This document shows positions 1-10,440 of a stretch of DNA of 25,315 bases, piece after piece; the stretch's first letter is position 1, and each line of letters opens with the position of its first letter. The DNA comes from Welwitschia mirabilis. Taxonomy: Eukaryota. The position numbers and the translations under genes were made by a program. Location of the stretch: contig JBOZIK010000001.1 of NCBI GenBank assembly GCA_051453625.1, positions 32,686,562-32,711,876 of the forward strand. The letters are read 5' to 3'. The notes beneath the pieces are model-generated. The model had not been told where the DNA came from. It did no database searches and saw only the letters and a list, made by a program, of their open reading frames with translations.

Positions 1-3000
1 TTTATATATAATGTATAGATGAATAAAGCTACTATTGCTAGTTCTTGGAATTCCTTATACCATCATAAGGCTAAAGAATTGATGCATCCAATCCCTTGCA
101 AGGTGAATGGAAGATCCACTTCTTAGCTTTTATTATTAAAAATCGGACTCATGGAATGCATTTTTATCTTTTATTAATTTTTTATTTTTTTTGCCTTTTT
201 TAAATTTTAATAAGAATTTAGTATTTTTAAATTCTTATTTTATAGGGTTCAGAGACTCTACCTTTAATAGATGAAAAGGACGTAGGTCATTATGATGAGT
301 GGTTTTATATTATTATTTTTCTTTATGTTCTCCTAGTTTCTTTTGAACTTAGACATAGATCATGATAATGATCTTTTACATTTTGATAAACTACAATCCT
401 AGGGAAACATGTCTTATTCCATCACCTATTTTCCTTTTTCTATGTTATTCACTTATTATGAAATAGAATCCACTGTCTTTTCCTTATCCTTCTCCTACAC
501 TTAGCAGTATTCCTAATAAGGCAAATAAATCAAATACTCTTGGTGCTAGAATTCCTCACTCCATGGGTCAAGGAACTGCTTGATTAAATTGGAAAGTTTT
601 AGATTCTTAGGCATATTCTTCATACTTAGATGACTCACTACTTATGATTAGATGATGTTTATTCATTTCATCACTCTCATGTTTCCAATTTTTCTCATGA
701 CTATGAGTAAAGTAATAGAGTTTTTTTCACTATTTATTATACTCCTTAGTAAGAATGACCATAGTAGGTAAAGGATTTTTATAATTTAATTATGTATGAT
801 AGAATCTTTTTATTGCATAACCCTTCTTAAGCTAGAGTAGTAGGAGACTGCAAATGCTACTATATACATGCTTGAAGTAATGTTGCTTTCTTTATATTTA
901 TTTAAATCCATTATCTTCTCATTTTATTACTAGTCCTCCTTTTTGTTATAGAATGAAGTGGAGAGTTTATGCCTTTTCAAGAAGAAGTCTAGGGTGGATG
1001 CTTATTGATTAGGGGCTTTATAAGCTTAGCGTACCCAACTTTCTATGTGAGTAACAAAGTGTGTAAATGGTTCAGACTTGTTTCGATCTACTATCTATTG
1101 CTATAGATGATATTATAGCCATATATCATGGTGGTAAATTATGTCAGAAGCATATACTTGATACTTTCATGGATTATAGTAAATTTTACATAAATTTATA
1201 CCAAATCCTATTCTTATTTCTTTTGAGTTTGCTAAGGCATCATCATCTTTGAATTTTGTGGATTAGGCCATTTTTCTTCCTCCTTCGACTCCTATGGTCA
1301 GTGCTAGATTAATTAATGTAGAATAGACTATCAAGCCTATGAAAGGCTAGGAGCCTCCTTATGTTTGACAGATGTTTTTTCTTCTTTCAAAAATACCTAA
1401 TTTTTAATTTTTTTCTCTATTACTTTATAGATATCTACTTTTAAACATCTTGAAATTTTTTATCATATAGTTTAATTTTTGTATTGAATTTGCATAATAA
1501 GGAATTGTGTGCCTTTGTTTCTCATATTCTTTCTATTTTCTATGGATTTGAAAGATATTAATTTACTACCTGTCTTACCTTTGATACTAATTATAATGTT
1601 CCACATTATAGAATTAAAGTTAAACTTCCATTTTAATAAAGAATGTTAGAGACAACATGATAAGGAACTTGATAACATGTTAATTGGATATAAAATGAAA
1701 AATATCCCTTTATTAATCTAGTAGCAGACTGTAATATAATGATATTGCCTTCTATGCCATGTTCTAATCATAGAATAGTGGTTAAAGATAAAGACATGAA
1801 CTATGACCTTAGCCCCCCTCTGGAGGATCTTGAAAATCATTTTCTAATTTCACTAAACCTTAAATCCTTTAAAAGATAATGTACTTTATAAGTTTAAGAA
1901 CTCTTACATTCAAAAAAATCTTCATTAAAATCCTCTTATTCAACTTTTAATCTTGTAATTTTCTACACCTACATTCTTTGTTTTGATTATTGAGCATCTT
2001 GTTGTTGTATACTAATTCATGTTTAAATAACTAATAAAGCCATTTGGATATAAATTCTTAGGTTTTAGCATAATTAACAACATTTAAGGGGTTAGCTAGA
2101 CCACAAAAGACTAGAATCTATGTATACACATCCCCTAGTATCTTATAATAATGATTTACTCATGGGTATTTAGTATATTATCTAATGTAATTAGGTCTTA
2201 TTTATAGCTCATAAATACTATATTATGGGAAAAATATGATATTTTATTGATATACCTGAAAACCTTTGTATCCATTTATATTTACTTCATACTAAACACA
2301 TATTTTTGGTTGGTCATAAGGTTGGATCTTATTGTAGTGCTATGATATGATGAAGGCATAATAATGTAATTCAAATACTTTGAAATGTGTGTGGCTTATG
2401 ACCCATCCTATTCACAACCCATTAGGTGATAACTTACCATTTTTTAATAGGTTATTTATCCTTTAGAGTATAGTATTTAATGCCTTTTCCCATAAGTATC
2501 CAAGTAGATTCTTATATATGAGCTTTAGTTACACCATCTCAAGAAATGTTTAATTTATGATCTCTATAATACCATTCTACTATGATTTATCAAAAAATGT
2601 TATTAGTGATGAATTTCTTTCCTTTGTAAAAAATATTCAAACTTAACTGGAACATTCTTCCCCATATTATTGGTGCATAAAGTCTTAATCATATAGTTAG
2701 CATCCTTTTCCAATATTAAAAATTATTAAAGACTTGTGACTTTTACTAAAATTAAACTATCCACCAATTTTTTGAAAACTTATTAATAGAACTAAAGAAA
2801 TAATGCTAACCTCTTAATTCCTTAATTAAAATTAGGACGTAAATATTAAAGTGCANNNNNNNNNNNNNNNNNNNNNNNNNNNNNNNNNNNNNNNNNNNNN
2901 NNNNNNNNNNNNNNNNNNNNNNNNNNNNNNNNNNNNNNNNNNNNNNNNNNNNNNNNNNNNNNNNNNNNNNNNNNNNNNNNNNNNNNNNNNNNNNNNNNNN

Positions 3001-4230
3001 NNNNNNNNNNNNNNNNNNNNNNNNNNNNNNNNNNNNNNNNNNNNNNNNNNNNNNNNNNNNNNNNNNNNNNNNNNNNNNNNNNNNNNNNNNNNNNNNNNNN
3101 NNNNNNNNNNNNNNNNNNNNNNNNNNNNNNNNNNNNNNNNNNNNNNNNNNNNNNNNNNNNNNNNNNNNNNNNNNNNNNNNNNNNNNNNNNNNNNNNNNNN
3201 NNNNNNNNNNNNNNNNNNNNNNNNNNNNNNNNNNNNNNNNNNNNNNNNNNNNNNNNNNNNNNNNNNNNNNNNNNNNNNNNNNNNNNNNNNNNNNNNNNNN
3301 NNNNNNNNNNNNNNNNNNNNNNNNNNNNNNNNNNNNNNNNNNNNNNNNNNNNNNNNNNNNNNNNNNNNNNNNNNNNNNNNNNNNNNNNNNNNNNNNNNNN
3401 NNNNNNNNNNNNNNNNNNNNNNNNNNNNNNNNNNNNNNNNNNNNNNNNNNNNNNNNNNNNNNNNNNNNNNNNNNNNNNNNNNNNNNNNNNNNNNNNNNNN
3501 NNNNTTATGGAATATTATCAAGTCTAGGATGCTCTATTTTTCCTCTTCAGATATGCTATATGTGGTGGAATGTCCATTCTTTCTTACTTGAAGAAATTAC
3601 TCTTCATTTCTAACATGTTAGTGCCCTATGATTTAAGGGCATCATCCTTTCTTGTAATTAACCCATGAGAAAGGTATTTCCACCTTTGATATTATCCACT
3701 CAACCATCTATTATTATTATGAAAACATTAAAGCCTTTCTAAACTAAAGTACTCAATAAAATATTCTATTTCAATTTGAGAATATAAAACATGCCTTTTA
3801 GTTGCAGTCTAGTTGATCTATATGAAGACTTCATCAATACTATTTGAATATCTAATACTAGTTATGAATTCTTATCCATTATCTTAACTATGCTTCAATC
3901 CCTCATTTAATCTATAGAATAAGCTTTCACTTAGAGTTATATGTTGAGCTACTTTAATATGCATTAACCAATAGTTTATTATAGTAGTTACAACTAAATT
4001 TACATAACCTATAATATCTATACTATCTCTAACTAGTATAGCTGGGTACCATGGTTTAGGAGCTCTACACAATTTAAATTCTTAACCACATTCATCCTTT
4101 ACATGTTTGACATAAGATATGAACTTCTTGTCACTATTAGAAGACTTAGATGCATGTTTTCTCTTCTCTATCTAATGTACTAAAACTGTCTTTAGAAGCT
4201 ACTCATATAGCTTTATAATTAGTTGTAAGA
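1..4230 (-). pseudogene. Decayed coding-like region of unrecognised family (possibly a TE accessory ORF or viral relic); spans N gap 2856-3504
   Basis: Manual minus-strand translation gives protein-like runs broken by stops explicable as CAA/CAG/CGA>TAA/TAG/TGA. 4228-3600, one frame: ...KFISYVKHVKDECG*EFKLCRAPKPWYPAILVRDSIDIIGYVNLVV...RWLSG*YQRWKYLSHG. 2640-2221: VEWYYRDHKLNIS*DGVTKAHI*ESTWILMGKGIKYYTLKDK*PIKKW*VIT*WVVNRMGHKPH. ~2155-1985: HYYKILGDVYT*ILVFCGLANPLNVVNYAKT*EFISKWLY. ~1080-780 and ~120-3 similar. No RT/RH/IN/transposase motif set recognised. Confidence 0.45.
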
Positions 4231-4254
4231 GTTAATAAAAGGCAAGTTGAGATG

Positions 4255-6530
4255 ATCAAATGTAAGAAAGTTAATGTTGGATGGATGACTACATTAATGG
4301 TAATTGGATTTAACCTTTATAAGATCATGCTTTCAATGAAAGAGAAAATTTTTTTCTTCCATGACATTAAAGTTTGATTTTTCTTATTCTTAATTATATG
4401 AAAGTTTTTAGCATTAGGTTTATTTACTTCTAAAGATTACTAATAAAAATTTTATGTTTATTTTGTTTTAGCTAATTCACAAAGTATACATCTAATTTAA
4501 AATTTTATAGTTTGTGATGCATCAGCTAAATCTAGATAGTCAATCTTGAATTTCTATTTAAGTAGCTTGAAAAATTATCACTGTGAAAAGTTTAAGATCC
4601 ATTAAACAATCATAAAAGATAGGTATCATAATGAAGTCTATAAGTGTTGGATAGAAACCATTCATAATAGAGATATTTTTCAAAGTCTTTTACAAGTTTC
4701 TAAAGAAGTGGACACACATTAAGAAAAGAAAGTTTTCTAAAGATGGCTTAGTGAAAACTACAAANNNNNNNNNNNNNNNNNNNNNNNNNNNNNNNNNNNN
4801 NNNNNNNNNNNNNNNNNNNNNNNNNNNNNNNNNNNNNNNNNNNNNNNNNNNNNNNNNNNNNNNNCATTCATAATAGAGATATTTTTCAAAGTATTTTACA
4901 AGTTTCCAAAGAAGTGGACACACATTAAGAAATTGATGATCAAAAGGATATGGCAATGAAATCTTAGAAATTATCTTAAAATATTAAGTGTACCTTTATA
5001 AAGAAACAATAAGTTTAATTTTTTTAAATAATTAGAAATAAGTTAAAAAATTAAAACTTATATTAGAATTATAAGAAAGAGGAGTTCAAATTTTTCTTTA
5101 AGAACATTAAATTTGTTTTTGAAAATATTTTTAGTTTTAGAAAACTTCATTTTATTTTCTTATGCAAAAATCCAAATAAAATTTAAAGAAGTATAATAAT
5201 TATTAAAAAACTCAGTACTAGTAAAATAATGAAAAAATTTTATTTTTACATAGAGTTTCTTAAATTGAGAGGAAGTCCTATCTATGAAGAAATATTAAAA
5301 AACTAGATGAGATTATTCATAGAAATTTGAACAAACAAATGATGAGCAAATTTGTGATTCTTAATGAAAAAGGTAACAAATCATATTTGAATAATTATAG
5401 ACTTAATGTTATCAAATGAAGAGTTTACTAGCGAATATATAAAAATAATATAAGAGAAATTTCATAGGTAGGTTTTTGTTAAAATCATTCTACCATTAAC
5501 TAGTTAGTTACTCTTTATTAATTCTTGGATTTTATGTGGAAACCTAAAAAAAAGATTTTTATTTATTTTGCTAATTTCGCAAAGGTTATGATTTAATAAT
5601 TTAAGGTAAATTATAATAGTTTCTATTTAATATAGTTATGCCTNNNNNNNNNNNNNNNNNNNNNNNNNNNNNNNNNNNNNNNNNNNNNNNNNNNNNNNNN
5701 NNNNNNNNNNNNNNNNNNNNNNNNNNNNNNNNNNNNNNNNNNNAATAATTTAAGGTAAATTATAATAGTTTCTATTTAATATAGGTATGCCTAAAAATAT
5801 TTTTTTTCGATATTAAAAAATTATATAAAAATTTTTTCAGTCGATTTAATGATGTTAAATCAAAAGAGTCTTTAAAAACATTTGAGTAAAATGGGAGTGA
5901 AGAAAATATCATCTTTCTCTTGTGTTATTTAACATTTCTATTGATGAGTTAGAGGAATAGATGCATGGCACTACCACAAATCACTCTATTAATATAGGTG
6001 ATTTGCCTATAAATATTTTTCTTTATGAAAATTATGTCATATTAATTTCCACATCTAAAAGAGGTAGGAAAGAAATGATTCATGCTTTAAATGCAATTTG
6101 TAATATTTCATGTTTGAGAATAAATGCTCATAAATGTAAAATCATATGTTGTAAAAGTAGAAGCAAATATTATACGTTTGTTCTTAGTAGTAAACCAATA
6201 CAATTGATCTCCTTTTAAAAATACTTGGGTTTTTAAGGCTCTAGAAATTATAAAGGGGATAGATTCCTATATATATCAAAGAATAGTTAGTGCTACAAAG
6301 GATCTTTATTTCTTAATTAATTAATATATAAAATTAAGCATTTGGTCTTAGAAAGTTTATAAGTTTAAAAGAATTTTCATTTTAATTATTCTTTATGAAA
6401 TATTAATATAGAGATTAAGCATTTCAAATAATTTATACAAATTGAGGATGTACAAAATAACTTTCTCTAGTGGGAATTTCAACTAAAATTCTAAACACCA
6501 TATGAAATGTTTTTATTTAATTATGCATAA
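4255..6530 (+). mobile_element. Degenerate non-LTR retrotransposon (LINE) ORF2: APE endonuclease remnant + reverse transcriptase
   Basis: Motifs occur in canonical order. MVIGFN (GDFN-like, 4297-4314) and a possible APE C-terminus near 4470-4560; NYR (~5392); *VGFC*NHSTIN*LVTL (=QAGFR..HST.DQL, 5465-5515); FANFAK..YD (=FVDF.KAYD, 5567-5592); MGVK...LFNISIDEL (=GV.QGCPLSP.LFN.YID, 5890-5955); LYENYVILIS (=LYADD.VL.S, 6021-6050); LNAICNISCLRINAHKCK; KYLG (6219-6230); IILYEILI (=P.LLYG.E.W, ~6385); IEDVQNNF and TPYEM (~6440-6510). Ends approximate. Confidence 0.85.
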
Positions 6531-7490
6531 TCCAAAAGATAGCAAATAATTAAAGTGGATTAGAAACCTATTTCCAATTAATTAGAACATCCTATATTCA
6601 ATCTTTATTTAAAACACTTACATAGTACACATTGTTTAATAAGTAAAACTAATTTGTTTTATCCCAAATAAGAATTTAATGGAAGTATCCTAGAAAATAA
6701 GAACATCTCAATGATACTCATTCTACCTTAATTAATTCACCAATTCATAATCTTGTTTAAGGGATTAATTAATCTTATCAACAAACCTAGGAGATCATTA
6801 AGACTCTAAAGAAAATAATAATTGAATTATTAAATGTAGATGATATGTTCTTTGTAACACATGTAACCTCTTTACCATTACAATTCATTGAGAATATTTA
6901 GCTAAAGCAAAGTTTAAACTAGTAGGAAATCTTATAGGATTTACTTTTATACAACCACGACACATATCCAAATTTCCCATAAAAATGACTTAAGAATTAA
7001 GAAATAGCTTCATTATGCTAGAGGAAGTAATACAAGATGCCATCATGAGAGCAAAGCCTTCTTATGCAACCTATTAACATGTAAAAATTAACATTTATAT
7101 CAAGTTTTTAAAGCTAAATTTATGTAAATGAAGACATTAATTTAATTGTTTTAATCAGAAAATTTCTTTTTTATTTTTTTAAAACAATTAATATTATGCT
7201 TTTATCCATGATAATTATAGGTCTTTAGCCATATTTTGAAACACATGATAAAATATAGACATAATTTGCATAAAACAATTATGGTAATGGAGAAATAAGA
7301 TGGTGACATGTAGTAGTATCATTGGAAGACATGCATTGAGGCATGCAGAGGTGGTATTAGAGATATGTGGTGATAGCACTAGTTGATTGAGAAATCTAGC
7401 TTTAAAGCCCACGTGTTCAACATCATGATAAATATTTTACCTGATGCTATATGATGATCTCCATCAACCACTACAAGATAACCTCCATCA

Positions 7491-7600
7491 AATCCTAAAT
7501 GATGAAGATTATATCTACTTCTAGAGAATAAAATATTATTTGCCTAATTCTAAATGATGAAGATTTTACCTAATGCTAAAGGCCAAAGTATCTTAAACAC
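7491..7600 (+). repeat. Imperfect 55-bp tandem duplication in U3 of the Athila-like LTR
   Basis: aatcctaaatgatgaagatt at 7491 recurs as aattctaaatgatgaagatt at 7546, with weaker similarity continuing; ctccatcaa also occurs at 7459 and 7483. Confidence 0.7.
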
Positions 7601-7618
7601 CTTAACCCTATCCTCACT

Positions 7619-7624
7619 TATAAA
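7619..7624 (+). promoter_or_regulatory. Candidate LTR TATA box (cacttataaaggggcc)
   Basis: TATAAA followed by a G run, typical of plant LTR promoters; lies after the U3 repeats, with a telo-box-like aaccct just upstream. Confidence 0.45.
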
Positions 7625-8350
7625 GGGGCCTTGAATTATCACTGGTACTCATCCTTTATTTGGTAAAAGAATGAAATCTTTGGATCATCAAGGTACAATG
7701 GCATTCTAAGTGTTTTATTAGGAAGTGAGCTTATTTCTTATTCCTTCCTTTTTAATGTAATGTACATTTTTTTGATTCAATAATTTAGAGTTATTTCCTT
7801 TTAATTATTAGTTTTGTATTTAATTTTATACTAGGAATTCTTAAGGGATAAGGCACTATCAAGTTTTAATTTGGTTACTAAGTGGATTTGATTAGCTAAT
7901 TGGTTTACACTATTAATATTATTGTGGATCTTGTGCACTTTAGTCCATACTTTCCATTTTTATTATAAGGTTGTGGAATCAGTTACTCTCAAATTCATCA
8001 ATACTCAAATGGTGAATGAGATTATGTTACCATAACCCATGCTTTTACACTTGATAGTATAAGTTTCTATTTTAGGATAGTGTTTTGTATGATCAAGTAA
8101 GAACTTGTAAGAGGATTACTTAAGTGTCTTGAAGAATGCTTGCTTCTCACTTTTTCAAATGAAGTCTGAAAATCAATTTTTCAACTCTTTCTTCTTTCCC
8201 TTTTTCCCCTTTCTTTTTTTATAACTTGCAAGATTAGTAAGAGTTGGTGAAATTTCCATTTAGTTAGCTCTATATTATACCTATGGAAGAATGATAATTA
8301 AGTGTAAACTTAGTTTTAAATCTAGACATTAAAAAATAATAAATAGATTT

Positions 8351-8368
8351 TAGCACCATTGCTAGGGA
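8351..8368 (+). other. Degenerate primer-binding site complementary to the 3' end of tRNA-Asp (Athila type)
   Basis: TAGCACCATTGCTAGGGA vs plant tRNA-Asp PBS TGGCGCCGTTGCCGGGGA: 13/18 identical. All 5 mismatches are G>A or C>T, 4 of them at CpG. Preceded by a T run as in Athila elements. Confidence 0.8.
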
Positions 8369-9043
8369 TAATGGCATAGTGGCTTCTTAGAAAGAGCACA
8401 ACTTTTTCTTTCTTATAAGTTTTTAGTTATATTTCATTTTTCTAGTGGTATGTACTGACCCAACTAATCTATTTTCTCTTTTTTTTGCATGATTTCCAGT
8501 GATTGGTACTAGTCCTTTCAGTGATATCTAAATTAGTTCTATTTAGATTTGTTTTTATTCTAACTTTTTTTTGTAGGTCTAACATTTTTTTGTAGGTAGA
8601 TTAAGAAGAAAATTTAAAAGCTTTAAAAAATTTAATTAACTTTGTGTGCTTTTAATTTTTTACCTTTTCTTTTAATTCTAGTTTTTTGTGAGCTCACTAC
8701 TTAAAAATAATAACAATCTTAAAATTTTTAATCAGATTTCATTAAGCATGGATTTCGTGTGTACTCAGTTTTTATTTCTAGTTCTATTTTTCTATGACCT
8801 TGTAATGTTATTTAATCCATGAGTAAATTTTCTATAATATTAACTCTTATCCTAATCAACGTTATTTTCTTTCCTAAGTGGTGCCATTAGCTATTTTGCA
8901 TAGAATACTCTATAGAAATTATATAATCCTTTTCTCAACTTACTCAAACATTTCAAATAACAGGTTCCTCTAAAAACTTAACAGAGTTAAGAAAATGTGA
9001 ACCTCAAAATTAAAATCATAATTCATTTTCTTAAAAACTTATC

Positions 9044-10440
9044 ATGAGTTGCATGTATAATCCATTTAATACATCTTTTAAACCATAATTTACTTATGAA
9101 AACAATGATAATCCCTATAACACTCCAAATTACATTCAACATAAAATTGTAGATGATTACATTGGGCCTAAGAAAACTTTAAGGAATTTCATCATACCTA
9201 ATTCCCACAATCATTACCCTTCATCCTTCTTTCCATATTTATTTGATTAATTCTCTTCACATTCCAATCAAACTCATTATTCCAAATTTGAAACATGTTA
9301 CTTTTAATAAGAGTTTGATTCTAAATATTTCATTACATCTCATAACCCTTATCCTTCACCATTTAACCCTTACCATTCATCTTCATTCATGTAACAAATA
9401 ACTTCATCCACTTCCTTTAAGAAGAGATTAAATAGTTTTATGAATGCCTGAAATCAAATCAATTAAGATTATGAAAGAATTTTCAAATAACACTCCTCTT
9501 TCCTAAGTAATCTTAAGCAAAGTATTTAAACCCAAATACAAGTCCCCTAATAGATTACCCAAACTAATGCTCAAATCATGAGAATCCTCAACCAAAAAGA
9601 AGAAGAAATTTATTCAAGCCTTGAAAATTTTAAGAATATTAAAACCAATAATACTCAAACCACATTCATTAGGAATGAGAAATAAATAAGTGAGTAAATC
9701 CATGAGAACTTTAAGTTTAGAAATGCATTAGTTAATGATCAATTATCTACAAGAAATTTATACTTTGAAATAAGGTTGAACACATTAGATGATGAATTAA
9801 AAGATGAAAAACCATGTAAGGAAGGCTATATCTTAGAGAGTTGTACAAAAATAGATGATTCATTAAGTGATAAAGAGAATTGACTTACAATCATTGTTGC
9901 TTAAGCAATTACATGAGGATGAATCCAGTAGTAATCTTAATAAGAAAAAAAGCATTAGACTTAATTCACCCCATGAAAATTCCTCTCAACAACTCCACAA
10001 GATAATTGTTTTATCTTCATCATTTACTAAACAAGCCTCAAACCTTAGTAGAGAAGATAAAACTTTTATAGAATTAGAACCAAATTTCAAATACCATGAT
10101 ACTTTCAATTTGTTTTTATCTTATTTCCAAAATGATTTCTTTCAAGAGTTGTTAAATAAGCATTAACAATCTAAAGGATGAACTATTGTTTATTTTAAAT
10201 ACATAAATCTTTTCACTTGTATTAATGTTATTTTTGATTCCATAAACATTTACTTGGATTTCCTAGCAGTTCAAGATGTTTTGATAAGATTTGAATCATC
10301 TAATTTTTATTTCCACATTCTTGAGCCTCCATGCACATATCACTTTAGAGAATTTTTATCTTTTAGGTTAGATTTTTCTTTTAGAATAGATTTTTTTAGA
10401 AAAAATAAAAGACATAAAAACATGTGTGCTTGATGGTCTC
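9044..10440 (+). pseudogene. Decayed, internally deleted gag-like ORF of the Athila-like element, cut off by the chromovirus insertion
   Basis: From ATG 9044: MSCMYNPF...GPKKTLRNFIIP (9164-9199; resembles the Athila gag N-terminal R/K-T-L-x-D-Y-x-x-P motif), then a P/Y/N/S/Q-rich tract (HNPYPSPFNPYHSSSFM*Q) and E/K-rich sequence. Includes track ORF 9867-10166. No capsid core, PR or RT recognised. Confidence 0.5.

Larger units (their letters stand above)
7209..8345 (+). repeat. Putative 5' LTR of an Athila-like Ty3/gypsy element
   Basis: Starts TGATAA (7209), as Athila LTRs often do. Has internal short repeats and TATAAA at 7619, then a T-rich U5-like tract ending just before an Asp-type PBS at 8351. 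No second copy in the window, so both boundaries are inferred. Confidence 0.55.

Noticed and set aside
1067..1252. 61-aa plus-strand ORF (and 7215-7412 minus ORF)
   Set aside because: Short and motif-free; one is antisense to the fossil region and the other lies within a putative LTR.
2832..3591. Long ORFs 2832-3521 and 2851-3591, plus track ORFs at 4690, 10424-10740, 13840, 14684 and 23674
   Set aside because: Their length comes from N runs translated as X.
3860..3900. HS*DNG*EFITS resembling the integrase SDNGxEF motif
   Set aside because: The upstream catalytic Asp motif and downstream TPQQNG..ER motif are missing and the spacing is wrong; likely chance.
4659..4932. Near-identical ~68-bp direct repeat flanking the 100-N gap
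   Set aside because: Overlap of contig ends or a haplotype bubble at a placeholder gap, not a TSD or biological repeat.
5595..5792. ~49-bp direct repeat around gap 5644-5743
   Set aside because: One mismatch, flush against the gap; assembly overlap artefact.
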